Notes: a model not told the origin generated them from the letters alone. Counted from the first letter of the whole stretch, positions 1 to 13,914 are shown. The stretch: DNA of 63,046 bases, filler included, from Octopus bimaculoides (GCF_001194135.2; 4 parts of 4 records of this genome joined end to end with filler, not necessarily neighbours in it), one strand, 5' to 3'. Numbers and translations are program-made.

Positions 1-43
<43 letters not shown>

Positions 44-98
44 TGTGTGGATGTGCATTTGTGTACGTATTTGTGTATGTGTGTGTGTGCGTATGTAC
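1..98. repeat. (GT)n microsatellite and degenerate GT-rich flank
   Basis: Pure GT run at 1-40, followed by an interrupted GT/GTAT tract. Confidence 0.95.
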
Positions 99-777
99 AT
101 ACTGTTAGTCGTTAAAATATGATGTACCACATGTTTTGCAGTAAAGACTCTTCGCCATTTTTGAAATCAGCGGAAGACAATGAAGTTCCTACGATCCTGA
201 GTGCATGGCACTTTGCGCCTCCAGATAACTTGAATAAATTTACTTCTTGATGATACTATTAGGGTGGAGAGAGACTTAAATGTAGTGCAAGTTATAGACC
301 GGAAATACTGCACAAGCTTTTCTCTCTTTAGTCAAAAATGGTCCTCATTTCACATGAAAGCTCAATCATAAATTATGTATGTATGTAGTCCGTATGCATG
401 TATATGTCTGTGTGTGTATGCATGTACCTATGTATGTATGTATGTATGATTGTATATATGTGTGTCTGTCTGCATATGTGCTTGTATGTATGCAGGTATT
501 TTGTATCAAAACAGAAGACAGGAAAAATTTGAAATATTAAAAAAAATTATTGTAAAAAATATTTTTTAAATATGCCAAATTTTCGCAGTTTTCTGTTTTA
601 AATACTCTGCAAACTGAATTCACCAAAATTTTCAATTGCTATGTTTTTTAAATTTAAGATAAAACACATGCACATGTGTTCCACGGGTACTTTGCTTGGA
701 TTACAAGCTCTTGTATCTAGCTATTATGAAAACACATAATACCTGAATATAAGGGAATATAACAGTCCACACGACAA

Positions 778-917
778 GCTTCTATGCAGCTTTTCACCTA
801 CCAGTTTCACTCACGAAGTGTAGGTTGATTCGAGGCTGACGAAGTATATATTTACCCTAAATGCCCCATATAGTAGGATCGAGCCCGGATCCTCGTGGAA
901 GGGAGCTTCTTAAGCTT
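778..917 (-). mobile_element. Degraded 5' part of SINE family A (tRNA head + CORE-like domain)
   Basis: Aligns loosely by eye to the better copies at 32670-32831 and 48865-49022 (cagcttttcacctacc..tcactcac..gaggct..ggatcgagcccgg). Confidence 0.55.
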
Positions 918-1570
918 TAAATCAAACAAAGCCTAATATATACATACACACATATATATATATATATATATACATACATATATANNNNNNNNNNNNNNNN
1001 NNNNNNNNNNNNNNNNNNNNNNNNNNNNNNNNNNNNNNNNNNNNNNNNNNNNNNNNNNNNNNNNNNNNNNNNNNNNNNNNNNNNNNNNNNNNNNNNNNNN
1101 NNNNNNNNNNNNNNNNNNNNNNNNNNNNNNNNNNNNNNNNNNNNNNNNNNNNNNNNNNNNNNNNNNNNNNNNNNNNNNNNNNNNNNNNNNNNNNNNNNNN
1201 NNNNNNNNNNNNNNNNNNNNNNNNNNNNNNNNNNNNNNNNNNNNNNNNNNNNNNNNNNNNNNNNNNNNNNNNNNNNNNNNNNNNNNNNNNNNNNNNNNNN
1301 NNNNNNNNNNNNNNNNNNNNNNNNNNNNNNNNNNNNNNNNNNNNNNNNNNNNNNNNNNNNNNNNNNNNNNNNNNNNNNNNNNNNNNNNNNNNNNNNNNNN
1401 NNNNNNNNNNNNNNNNNNNNNNNNNNNNNNNNNNNNNNNNNNNNNNNNNNNNNNNNNNNNNNNNNNNNNNNNNNNNNNNNNNNNNNNNNNNNNNGTTTTC
1501 TATTTTCAAGGGACGGGTGTCTAGCCATGTTTGTTTGCTATACATACAAACTACTCGCTCCCCTACACAC

Positions 1571-1607
<37 letters not shown>

Positions 1608-3057
1608 TGTTTGTCTGTAGAGGTGTATATGTGTGTATGTGTGTGCGTACATGTGTGTATGTGTGTTTTTATGTATTTTTGTTTACGTACGTATGTAGTT
1701 ATGTATGTATGTATGTGTGTATGTATGTATGTATGGCACCTCGCATCCGAAGGCACATTTCCTAGTGGTTTGGGTACTCGACTTATTGTCGTGCCTTTGT
1801 GACGCTTTGTGGTCCGGAGGGAGTCTCTTTATTTCATACTGTCACTCTGTACGCAGATGAAAATGTGCAACAGCTTTGTACTTATGTAGCTCTTTCACTT
1901 TCCATTTGTCACATGCTCGAGTTTCCGTTGGCATAAGTGTAGGAAGACCGAAGAGATATGTATCCTTCTTAACACTTAGTGACATCATGGCACTCTGTTC
2001 AAAATCATAGTCGCTTGCGAGTGACGGCCTTACTTATCACTCACATGTAGATATATCGTGATGAGGGATGACTAGGCTCGTCCGGTGAGGAGGAGCGTCG
2101 TGGTCCGCATGATGCGAATTGCAAAAACCAATGAACTAATGAACCAATGAGCACTCTTGCGCAGAGACATAGAAATAAAACTGATGGTGCAAGAATGAGC
2201 CACAAAGCCACCTGGGATTGATGAGTTACGTTTTATGGTCGACCTGGAGGAACGCTGGTCTGTCTGAACAGTGAGTGAAGTTCTGTGAAATCTTCTCTAA
2301 CGATGATCAGATTCAGCTATGGATGCTACTTACAAATCTTACAGTGTAAACATATCTTGTGCTCGATAAGGAGTAATGGAACCTATAGGCTTGACCAGAG
2401 AAAAGTATTTAACGGGAAATCTGCACGTAGAGTGCTTTGTATATTGGTCGTTCTGTTGCAGATTATGGAGAAGGAAAGATTCGGCAGTACCTCAAGAGAC
2501 AAAATAGTTATTTCCGGAGATAATATTCTTCTTCTAACGAGGAAAGGCTAGTAAATGTTTAAGTAAGCCGAGGTTACCTAAATGTGCAACAGGTTAGCAA
2601 CAATGCGGTCGAAAGTTGAAATATTTTTTTGCGGTCTTTCATTGTAAGATCTAAGAAATGAATTTCCAAGATGCTGTAAAACTCAGACAGGAATTGACTT
2701 TCACCAGAAACACATACACGCAGCTACACGCATGCGCGCGCAATCACTCACACACGAACACACACACACACACTGACACACACATACACTGATGCACACA
2801 TAAATTGTGCGTGAATTCATATATTGAATGAATGCATGTATTTGTGTGTGAGTGTGTGTGTTTGTGTGTGAGTGCGTGGGTGTGTGTATTACTTGTACGT
2901 TCGTTTATGTCAGACGAATGAGAGTAGAGTACTTAATAGATGCTGCCGCGGTTATGTTTTCCTTTTTGCTTTTGTTTATGAGAAAGAAACTGAGAGTTTA
3001 TGTCGCGCGGAGGAGTATGAATGTCGGGTCACACGACAGACTCTAACTTTCAGTTAT

Positions 3058-3124
<67 letters not shown>

Positions 3125-4400
3125 NNNNNNNNNNNNNNNNNNNNNNNNNNNNNNNNNNNNNNNNNNNNNNNNNNNNNNNNNNNNNNNNNNNNNNNNNNNN
3201 NNNNNNNNNNNNNNNNNNNNNNNNNNNNNNNNNNNNNNNNNNNNNNNNNNNNNNNNNNNNNNNNNNNNNNNNNNNNNNNNNNNNNNNNNNNNNNNNNNNN
3301 NNNNNNNNNNNNNNNNNNNNNNNNNNNNNNNNNNNNNNNNNNNNNNNNNNNNNNNNNNNNNNNNNNNNNNNNNNNNNNNNNNNNNNNNNNNNNNNNNNNN
3401 NNNNNNNNNNNNNNNNNNNNNNNNNNNNNNNNNNNNNNNNNNNNNNNNNNNNNNNNNNNNNNNNNNNNNNNNNNNNNNNNNNNNNNNNNNNNNNNNNNNN
3501 ATATATATTTCACTATGAGGATATTTAAACCTCTTATAGGGATAGTTTAATATATTATGCTTTGAAGAGATATTTCTTTCACAAATATATTATAACACAT
3601 CAAATATTATTAATAAGTTTGAAAATGGAGAGATTCAATAGATATAAATCAATTTATTAACTAATTAACATTGCCTACAATTGTTTCACTTCATACTCAA
3701 TTTAAATTACAATATTATTATATATGTTTTCACTGAGACAGTCCACCAGCACTCCTTTTACTTATGCTTGGTTATGCCTTCTGCCATATTGTGGGTTCCC
3801 ATTTCTTTTCTGTATGTATGTGTGTATGTACGTATGTATGTATGTATGTATGTATGTATGTATGTATGTACGTACGTATATTGCACTCCCTACTATCTTT
3901 CGTTCCTTCTCCCTTCTAGTCACTCCTTTTGTTTCTTTTTCTCATACTCTCTCTTGTCCCCACGTGACTACAGGCCATTCCTCTCACCCCTGTCTTATCT
4001 GAACAGGACGGCCACCGGGCTGGACGTCGTTTCTCTCGCCTCCCGACATTTTTCTTGTCTTCTGTTATTTACTTTTCTTCTATTTATTCTCTTTTCTTCA
4101 GGAATTTCTCCCGGACGTTATCCACTACAATTCGTCTTGCCCTAACGGCTCTTATTATTTACTTTGTACGTCCACTCTGTTGTTGTTTGTTCGTTCGACG
4201 CTTGAACCCTCCACAAATTTTATATTTGAAAAATGTTTAAATTAGGTTTTCCTGTCTTGTCGTTAGAAGCACGAAATGGGTCAGTAAAACAGTCGACAAC
4301 TGATGAGCGAGTTATCTTCTTTTTAGTATTTTGTCCTGTACTTGTCTCTCGTGTGTTTACATATTTTTCACTCGTTGGTGATGTCCTGTACTGGATATGC

Positions 4401-4438
<38 letters not shown>

Positions 4439-4861
4439 AGGTTGTATGATTGTATGTAGACAATTTTGTATAGTCTGATTTTCACGTTCTATTATTTGCA
4501 ATTTTTACAATTTTACAATTCTACAATATTGAAATATATAAGTACTTTCATGTTTTACGCAATCATCACGTTTATGTAGTGACACTTGCGTGCCACAATT
4601 GAAATCTGTAGTAAAATGGTTGGATTTATCCTTTAAATACTCTCCGATGGGCTCCAGAAGGCTAAATCTTACGAACCGTATTTTGGGCAATCAGCATGTG
4701 GCTTAGATGTCACGGTTTGGTGAGCGCACCAACTAAGTTCTAACTGTATTTTGACCAATCAGTATGTAGCTTAGACGTTATGGTTTGACCGCATCTAAAG
4801 GAATAATTGTTTGGCTATATTTTGAATTCTATTGTTACTCCAGAACTTTTTACAATTCAGT

Positions 4862-5799
4862 CGAGTACAAAAAGGAAACTCTGCAGCCGAAGCGACTCAA
4901 AACATACGTTCAGTTTATGGGAGAAAAATGCTTGAATGAAAGAACTTGCAGAAGATGGTTTGCAAAATTCAGAAGTGGAGATTTCAACCTTGAAGATGAA
5001 GATCGAACAGGACGTCCAGTTGAGTTTGATGATAAGCTCCTTGAGGCATTACTTGAAGAAAATCCTGCATTATCAGTTGAAGGATTGGCAATAAAGCTTA
5101 GTTGAAACCATACAACTGTTCGTCGTAATCTTCAACAACTTGAAAAGGTTCCGAAACTTGGAAAATGGGTGCCTCATGAATTGTCGAAAAGCAACCGCAA
5201 ATCTCGAGTTGACATCTCCTCTTCTCTCCATTCTCGCGAACTCATTTCACCCTTTTTCGACAGACTTGTGACTGGTGACGAAAAATGGATCTTCTATCGA
5301 AATGTTAATCGTCGTAAACAGTGGCTTGGTAAAAGGGAAAAATCTCAACCACAACCGAGAGGAGAACTTCATGGAAAAGAGGTTCTTCTCCTAATGCAAC
5401 AATCAATGCTCAAGTCTACTGTCAGCAATTAGAGCATTTGAACCAAGCTTTGAAGAAAAAAGACACGCTTTAGTGAATCGAAAAGGAGTGATGTTTCATC
5501 AAGACAATGCACGACCCCACACTGCAAAGATCACATCGCAGAAGATCGAAGAGCTTGGTTGGGAAAAAATTCCTCATCTAACTTATTCTCCTGACCTTGC
5601 TCCTTCAGACTACCATTTGTTTCGTAGTTTACAGAATCATTTGAAGAACATAACTTTCGCAAGCCAGGAGGAGGTCGAAACTGATATTTCAGAGTTCTTC
5701 GCTTTGAAACCAAAAGAGTTTTACATTAATGGGATTAAAAAGGTTGTAAATAGATGGAAGGAAGTCATAGATAATCAGGGAAAGTACATTGATGATTAA
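4862..5799 (+). pseudogene. Mariner transposase pseudogene
   Basis: Frameshifts near 4870-4920, an in-frame TGA at about 5103, and an internal deletion with frameshift at 5390/5391. The segment normally between K(K)VLL and PNATINAQVYCQQL is missing. Confidence 0.92.
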
Positions 5800-5873
5800 A
5801 TTTTAAATAAATATAACATTGATCACTTCTTTTCTCTATTCAAAATTCGGACAGAACTTATGGGATAACCTGA
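4862..5873 (+). mobile_element. Mariner (D,D34D) DNA transposon, 5'-truncated, decayed
   Basis: Transposase remnants carry the HTH region (RTCRRWFAKFRSGDF), WVPHEL, VTGDEKW, HQDNARPH and YSPDLAPSDY, with 34 residues between catalytic D2 and D3. The 3' TIR-like end AAAATTCGGACAGAACTTATGGGATAACCTGA is followed by TA (5874-5875). No matching 5' TIR was found. Confidence 0.95.
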
Positions 5874-5976
5874 TACATTATATACTGTTAAAATTTTGAA
5901 GACAGGAACATGTGGTTGAGGGAAATTGGTTGTTATTTCTAACAAATTGAACACTCGGATATGCTTCATTGTTTAG

Positions 5977-6020
<44 letters not shown>

Positions 6021-6424
6021 CAGTTGTTAATAACTATAGATGAATCGATTACATTTCTTTGTACTTAAAAAGTGATGAGTAAATTGGAACTATGAAGCTA
6101 AATAGACTTGGTTATTCCTCTACGTAATTTTGGTAATTACTTAATTAATTAAATCATGTTTCTGTTACATATATATATTTGCTCCGTGGGTGGCAGAACT
6201 GGTAAAGTATTAGATAAGTTACCTCACTAAATTTAGAAACGTTTATAAGTTCAAATTCTGATAACGTCTACTTCAGTGACTTCCAGTTAAGATAATCTAT
6301 CGATGAAGTCTCGGCGATAAATGAGTACTGAATAAACAACTTGAAATTCATATTTCTTTTTTATAAACCAAAAATAGGAGCAATGAAATTCTAACGTTTG
6401 CCGACGATGTTGTTAGTGTTGCTG

Positions 6425-6625
6425 TTGTTGTTGAACCCTAGGCAGTCAATCTTAATCAAGTGAACTTATGTTCGAATACATTGTGACCATGACCAATTTT
6501 TCATTCGATTTTCATGGACTACATTGTTCAATGTATTTTTCCTTCCTTTTTTCATGCCGCAAGTGTGTGATTTAATGATCATTTGGCTGCTATATCTAGC
6601 AATCTAACAAGACAGAAGCTCCCAC
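6425..6625 (-). mobile_element. Dispersed repeat family F (probable SINE with (CAA)n/(CAG)n tail), degraded
   Basis: (GTT)n followed by aaccctagg..atcaag..atg..tgaccat..tggctgctatatctagc. Related copies lie at about 8650-8770, 9172-9350, 17445-17635 and 23325-23410, and in the opposite orientation at about 54680-54740 and 55192-55260. The assigned strand is inferred from the microsatellite tail. Confidence 0.5.
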
Positions 6626-7090
6626 CCCCGCTTTGGCTCCAGCAATACTTTGATTTTAAGTGAGGCACACTGGTGTAGAACTCTTAATAGATGATTTAAT
6701 GTTTCTAGAACCAATAACAATCTAGCAGAAATCAGATACTCAATGAGATGCTAAAAGCCAAAAATTCACAGAGACGTGCGAGATCTAGAGCATCTAGAAG
6801 AGATGAAGGACTTCCTGAAGCTAGAACCTCTAACAGAAACATATAAGAGATGATTCAAACTTTTTACAACAAACCAAGCAAGCATCTACCTGCTAAATAT
6901 AGCAGCAAAATATACTCTAAATTATATCTTACTTTTGAGAAACCTTCGCAATGGGCATTGTTGCTCAAAAACTATTATGACTGGAATAAAATATGGATGA
7001 TTGTAGCTAGGATGCCTATGATCAAGAATCTATTTGACGGGATCATACTTGGGGCTAAGCAACAGCAAAAACAAAATAATAATAACAATA

Positions 7091-7289
7091 GTCCTTTCTA
7101 CTAAAGGCACAAGGCCTGGAATTTGATGGGAGGGGGCTAGTCGAATACATCGACCCCAGTATTCAACTGGTGCTTATTTTATCGAGGCAAAGTCGACCTC
7201 AATGGAATTTGAAGTCAAAACATTAAGATGGACGAAATGCCGCTAAAAAATTTTCCCGGCGTGCTAACGATCCTGCCAGCTCACCGCCC
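7091..7289 (-). mobile_element. SINE family B (tRNA-like head + Meta-like central domain), near full length
   Basis: The reverse strand reads GGCGGTGAGCTGGCAG..GTTAGCACGCCGGG..TTCAAATTCC..GAGGTCGACTTTGCC..CGATAAAATAAGCACCAG..CTGGGGTCGATGTA..GGCCTTGTGCCT. It is flanked on both sides by AAT repeats. The central domain resembles the Meta-SINE domain (from recall, needs checking). Confidence 0.85.
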
Positions 7290-7330
<41 letters not shown>

Positions 7331-7369
7331 GTAGTAGTAATAATAATAATAATAATAATAATAATAGTA

Positions 7370-7414
<45 letters not shown>

Positions 7415-7420
7415 GTAATA
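7290..7420. repeat. (AAT)n microsatellite with AGT interruptions
   Basis: Read directly. It explains the poly-Asn ORF 7228-7440. Confidence 0.97.
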
Positions 7421-8036
7421 AGTTTCTCAATGAAAAATAACCTCTATCCCGCCACTATGACTAAGAATGAGCTTATGTTACACATAGTTATCTATTTACA
7501 TTTAGTCGAATAAGATAATCGAAAAACTAAGCACTATAACCATAGATATTTAATATCACCAGTAACGAGAGACGAACCAGTGACCAACATAGTTAGATGA
7601 GCACTTAACAAATACCTCATACTGAGAAGCACCTTTAGTCTTCACGGCATAACTGTCTGTGACGTTAAAGCTGCAGGGAGTTTCATGGCATTTACATTCC
7701 GCTCACATTTTCTTAATGCAAATATATAACTTAAAACTTAATACATGCGATTAAGTTTAAGTAAACTATTATAAACTCAATGCTTAACGTTAGATTAGGA
7801 AAACACGAAGAATTACTCTGAAGAATTACAGCTAATCACATTTTCTTTCGACAGAACTAAGCAATGCTTAGTGATGTAAACTTGTTCTTCCGCAGTTTAC
7901 ATTATAACACGAGATATTTTGGAGTTCCATCAACACAAAATGGTCACTACTAATGCTTCATGCTCATTTCTTAGTTCTGGAAACAACATGGGGCTACGTA
8001 GCTAATTGAGTAACAGTATACTTACACTTAAAACAA

Positions 8037-8096
<60 letters not shown>

Positions 8097-10445
8097 CACA
8101 CACGCATACACACACACACACATATATATATATATGTATATATATATTAAAGTGGCAGTAGCTAGATGATAAGATATGAATGATAAACTTTAATAAAATC
8201 AACAAAAAAAGTACATATATATATGAAGTTGGGAACAAACATTCAGAGATTTAATCTTGAAAGAAGGCAAATGATAGGACAATAATGTGGGCAGGGGAAG
8301 TTGATGCCAACTGAATTCCTCATAAACACCGAAATCCACGGAATATGTTTAAGTGTTCTGTACCTTGATCTTTTATTTTTTGTGAGTCAGTTTAAAGTGG
8401 AGGTGATGTCGTGGAGGAGGTGTCGTACAGATGGTGTGATGGTAGTGATGTCTTGGAGTTAGTGTCGTGGTGATGGTGGTAGGGCTGTTTGTATCTGCCG
8501 TGATAATCTTCACTACGTATCTTTCCAATGGTTTTATTAGCCGTTTTGTCTAGATTCTTCACTTTCAGTTGTCTTTAACTCATAATATTGAACCCTGTTG
8601 TCGCTCTCTAACATTTCTATGAGTCGAATTTTCATGTTTCGACCGGGGCTCCAGCCATACACATCCCGTCTTTTATTCTGATGTGTTATATATCCAGGAC
8701 TATGTTATACCGTTATTTTTTCTCCATTTCTATGACGGTGGAGTAATCTTCCATAGTGACCTCTGCACCTTGAATTGGGCGAGGCTCATACAATCAATCA
8801 CCACTCAGGCATTCCTGACCCATTCCTTTCTATCTTCTTTTCATTGCCCTTATTACGCCACCATGGCTCCGGCCTCGGCATTAACTAATATGCCCAGTCA
8901 TTGCTTCCTGGTAAATAGGCTTTCTGGAATTTTCCTCCTTGTATTTATTGTTCGTGTTGATTTAAAAAAGCTCAAGAGGAACAATAATAGCACCACTACC
9001 GCCAACTTCAGAGGGCTCGCAAAGATGGCTCGCAAGTCAAGGTCACTAAACTAACTCTTCCATGAAATCCAGCAAATGAATAAAAAATTAAGTAACTGTA
9101 TAGAAATCATACACAACGGTTCAAGGGGTCCCTGTTGATGGCAGTCGTCACAGTATTTGAAAAAGACATGATTCTGTTGTTACCGTTGTTTAATCCCAAA
9201 TTAAGCGTGTCTAAACACGTTACTTTTATGATCACCTTATCTTATTTTCAGACGTAATCTAGAACTTCTTATACAATGTTTCTTTTTAATACTACAGTGT
9301 TAATTTAAGTGATTATTGGTTGCTATTTCTAGAAAATATGGCGACCATGAAGAGGGCCCTTCTTTAGTTTCATAATTCTAGTGTGAGTTATAAAAGAGTT
9401 AGTTTTTGGTAGGCTCAGATTAACCTATTTTTGCAACACACCCTTGGTATCATATGGCGTTGATACAGTAAAGACCTAAGTGAACGTAATATATCATAGA
9501 GCCTTAGTATCTATGATTCTGATATTTGTTATCCCGAGGCGAAGTCGTTGTTCCACAGATACGTGGTATCTGCTGTATAGATACTGTTTAAGCTTAGGTG
9601 AACCATTTATCCCACAGACTGTAGTATTAATGTTGGTTAAACTTGAATTAACACATAATACAACAGATGAAAAGTATTGAAGTAGTAACCCTCCTGAAGT
9701 TTCAATCATAAATACATGATAACATTAGGCTCTTGTTTCTACGAGGCTGCATGTCTTCATAGATACCATTGTCTTATTCGATTATTTCATGACGTTAATT
9801 TTTGGCTTGGCTTTAGTTTCTCTGGAGGACCGTCGAGGTATTTTTCGTTAGGGTTTTCACTTCGACGTGAGGGCCAAATAGATAGACTGTCAGATTATTA
9901 ACTAATGGGATACCTGTTCAGTTCTGCTGGAGGCAGTGAATATGATTATAACATTGATGTATAAGGACTCTGATACAATGTGAGGGTAGCAATAATTTAA
10001 TGGTAAGTTGTAATAGAGCAGACATAATGTAAATGTATACTTACAAAAAGTTATGATTATATGTTTACACAAGATTGAAGTTATTAAAATTGTGTGAATA
10101 ATAAACCACAAGTACACGTATAAACTTACACCATCTTATATGAATATGCATGTATGTATGTATTTATATATATATGTGTGTGTGTGTATGTGTGTGTGCA
10201 TGTGTGCTTAGACATCTGTGCGTATATGGCTATGTTTGTAACTAACCCTATAGCATAGCTTCACACAGTTATCTCAGTAGTTACTGGCGCTTTTAAATGG
10301 CGACGTGGCTGAGATTTTGCTGAGGATCACTGGGTAGCTACATGAAACTAAGAACCTGGATTTAATTATATAGTTAACCACGTTCAAATGAGTTAGCACA
10401 AATACGTATACACAGATGCTTGCGTGTAAACACACTTATAAGTGC

Positions 10446-10930
<485 letters not shown>

Positions 10931-10949
10931 GTGCGCGCGTGCGTAATTT

Positions 10950-11150
10950 GGTACTCCATTGGTTACGACGACGAATGTTCCAGTTGACTCGATCAATGGA
11001 ACAGTGTACTAAACAGACACACATAAAAAAGAAATGGATCTCCGATGGGCATTCAGTTGTTTATGGAGTTATTCATTGAAGGATAATTTAAGTGGCTAAG
11101 TATTCCGGTGACACGTGTATCCTTAACGTAAACCTCCGAAACCTTGTGAC
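10950..11150 (-). mobile_element. SINE family C 3' part, degraded and interrupted
   Basis: Shares GGTTACGACGACGA..GTTCCAGTTGA..CGATCAATGGAACAG and AAGTGGCT..GACACGTGTA.CCTTAACGTA with 25500-25863 and 36321-36452. Confidence 0.75.
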
Positions 11151-11272
11151 ATATTCTATTGCATGGCACGGCTAGTGTTTTGAATTCCATGTACTATTCA
11201 CCTGATGGGATTCCAAAGTCTGTCTCCCCAATTGCACCCAGAAGGCTCGGGTAGATGCGAGGCTGTCGTAAA

Positions 11273-11314
<42 letters not shown>

Positions 11315-11366
11315 ACACACACGCACACACACACACGCACACACACATACACACACATCTACTTCT

Positions 11367-11652
11367 CGAATGATACTTATTTTATCGACTCCGAAAGGAT
11401 GACAAGCAAAGTCATCGACGGCGGATTTGAACTCAGAACATAAAAACGGACGAAATAGCGCCGAGCGTTTTGTCCGATGTGCCAACGATTCTGTTAATTT
11501 GTCGCCTACGTCGTCTTACTTAATACTGATATCAGATCTTGGCACAAGGTCATCAAGTTCGAGGAAGGGAGTAAGTCGATTACATCGACCCCAGTGTTCA
11601 ACTGGTACTTAGTTATCGATATCGAAAGGATGAAAGGCAAAGTTTACCTTGC
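11367..11652 (-). mobile_element. Two tandem partial copies of SINE family B
   Basis: 11367-11507 carries the head and central domain (ttttatcgactccgaaaggatga..gaactcagaac). 11536-11652 carries the tail and central domain (ggcacaagg..gtcgattacatcgaccccagt..gaaaggatgaaaggcaaag). Confidence 0.8.
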
Positions 11653-12014
11653 CTCATGTTTAATATTAAATATAAATTAGACGTGAATAACAGCGAAAAT
11701 GTCATGGCTAAACGGATCAGTGTCCTTCGTTGTAATCACAATGTACAGTGGGATTATGACCATAAAAAGTTATATGAAATATATGCACAATCTCAGCCCG
11801 AACGCTTTGCATTTATGCAATGACTAAAAAAGTTGTGTAACATGAAGCAGCCAGAATTAGATGTAAATGCAAGACATCTAGAGAACGAGCGACACGTATC
11901 ATTTAACGCAAATTAATATACATGACTGAATGGCTAGATGAGCAACACCCAATAACAGCATCACTATCGACAAGAACGGTCGGTTGAACAGAGGGTCGTA
12001 GTCATCCCGCATGT

Positions 12015-12100
12015 AGAAGAAGAAGAAGAAGAAGAAGAAGAAGAAGAAGAAGAAGAAGAAGAAGAAGAAGAAGAAGAAGAAGAAGAAGAAGAAGAAGAAG

Positions 12101-12146
<46 letters not shown>

Positions 12147-12147
12147 G

Positions 12148-12177
<30 letters not shown>
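12015..12177. repeat. (GAA)n then (CAA)n compound trinucleotide repeat
   Basis: Read directly; it abuts an N gap. Confidence 0.97.
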
Positions 12178-12178
<1 letters not shown>

Positions 12179-13914
12179 NNNNNNNNNNNNNNNNNNNNNN
12201 NNNNNNNNNNNNNNNNNNNNNNNNNNNNNNNNNNNNNNNNNNNNNNNNNNNNNNNNNNNNNNNNNNNNNNNNNNNNNNNNNNNNNNNNNNNNNNNNNNNN
12301 NNNNNNNNNNNNNNNNNNNNNNNNNNNNNNNNNNNNNNNNNNNNNNNNNNNNNNNNNNNNNNNNNNNNNNNNNNNNNNNNNNNNNNNNNNNNNNNNNNNN
12401 NNNNNNNNNNNNNNNNNNNNNNNNNNNNNNNNNNNNNNNNNNNNNNNNNNNNNNNNNNNNNNNNNNNNNNNNNNNNNNNNNNNNNNNNNNNNNNNNNNNN
12501 NNNNNNNNNNNNNNNNNAGCTGTTTAATAAAAAACAGAGGTAAATATCAGTTCTTAACCAAATTGGAAATTGTTAACATTTTTTGAAGAGGACTGGTCCC
12601 TAGCTACATTCTGGCATAAAAAATTGAGATTTGTTCCTGTAGAAAAAGTTTACATCAAAATATGTAGCAATGTTATAGGAGAGTAAGTAACGCTTCCAAT
12701 CAAGTTTATATTTAAATGATTTTTTTTTTTTCATGAAAGAAAAATATATTTATCTTGGCTTCAATGATAGGGGAAGACATGAAGAATTTCATAGTTTTGA
12801 TGCCATGCAACAAAGATTTGTATCAAAAAAGTTGTGATGTAAAATATCATGAAAAAAATATAAGTAAGGCAAAAAATTGGATTTCCGTATAATTAGCGTT
12901 TTTATTTTAAAAACAAACTATATTTTAATTAAAGTTAAATGATAGAGCTCATGCAATGGAGCTTTAAAAGAAAAAAAGTTATGAGTGATTGTTTCTCAAA
13001 TTTGAGGGTGATAATATAGTTCTATCCTTTTAATGGATATAGTTCTATAAGGGGACTTTTAATATATGTCACTGGCATCATTGAGGTAAGGAAAAATTAT
13101 CAACGACACAACTAATTTGCAATTAGTTTAATTACGTCATCTGTATTAATTAATGCAGTTATATCATGTAAACACAGTCCCGTTTTTAGTTAATACAATA
13201 GCATAGCCTGGAAAAAAACCTGGATTACATGAAAAAATGCGAGCAAGAGAAATAATATTCTTAAAATTATAAACCTGAACAAGTACAGGACAAGTTATTA
13301 CACTTAGAAAAGTTCAGGACAAGTTTTTACATCTGGTAAAGTACAGGACGAGAAAATTTTTACTAAGCTAAGGATAAAATTTGAATATATAAAAAATTAT
13401 TTGATTTTAATTTGCAATTAATTATAATTAAAAAAAGTACCATCATGTTGTTAAAATATTAACACACTAAAATACTTATTAAATGAGAGCCAGAAGTACC
13501 AATATAGCTAAGGTTTTATCCAAAGTAGAATAGTATATATGGTAGGCAAATTCATTATGTAAAAAATAGGCATTGGGTCAAGACTAAAAATGTGAAGACA
13601 GTAATAACTTAGGCAATAGCTCAAGCAAATTTTAATGTGAATTTGTTGTTATAGGTAGATTTTACTGTAATATATGACTAATTTTTGTATTATTCTACTT
13701 ATTGTACTAATTATGTACTACTATTATTTTTTATAACCTATTTTCATATTTCTGACTATTAATTAATAATTAAAAAATGTATTTTGTTAAAGTGCAAAGA
13801 ATATTTTTAATTGAGTTATCAAGCGTGCGTGCATGCTTCTTGTGTAAATTTATACATATACATATGTATATCTACGTGTTTAGAGTGAATTGCACCCAAC
13901 ACGATGTCCTATAT

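Noticed and set aside
660-720. Helitron-like 3' end (CACGGGTACTTTGCT..CTAG)
   Set aside because: The motif is imperfect, with no clear hairpin, 5' TC end or second copy.
4270-4320. CTGATGA near GAAA as a hammerhead (also CTGATGA-GTCT-AA-AGAC at about 50584 and CTGAGGA..GAAT at about 18491)
   Set aside because: Stem II does not pair, or the GAAA core half is absent or mutated.
6720-7050. Possible LINE 3' remnant (IHRDVRDLEHLEEMKDFLKLEPL..)
   Set aside because: No diagnostic motif could be matched with confidence.
7228-7440. Poly-Asn ORF and similar low-complexity ORFs (YIYI, CVCV, HTHT, LSIY, RERE, RTNE/FVRS)
   Set aside because: These are translations of simple repeats or SINE sequence, with no splice signals or coding complexity.
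12520-13800. AT-rich block resembling a non-autonomous DNA transposon
   Set aside because: No TIR pair, TSD or coding remnant could be identified, and the left end is lost in a gap.
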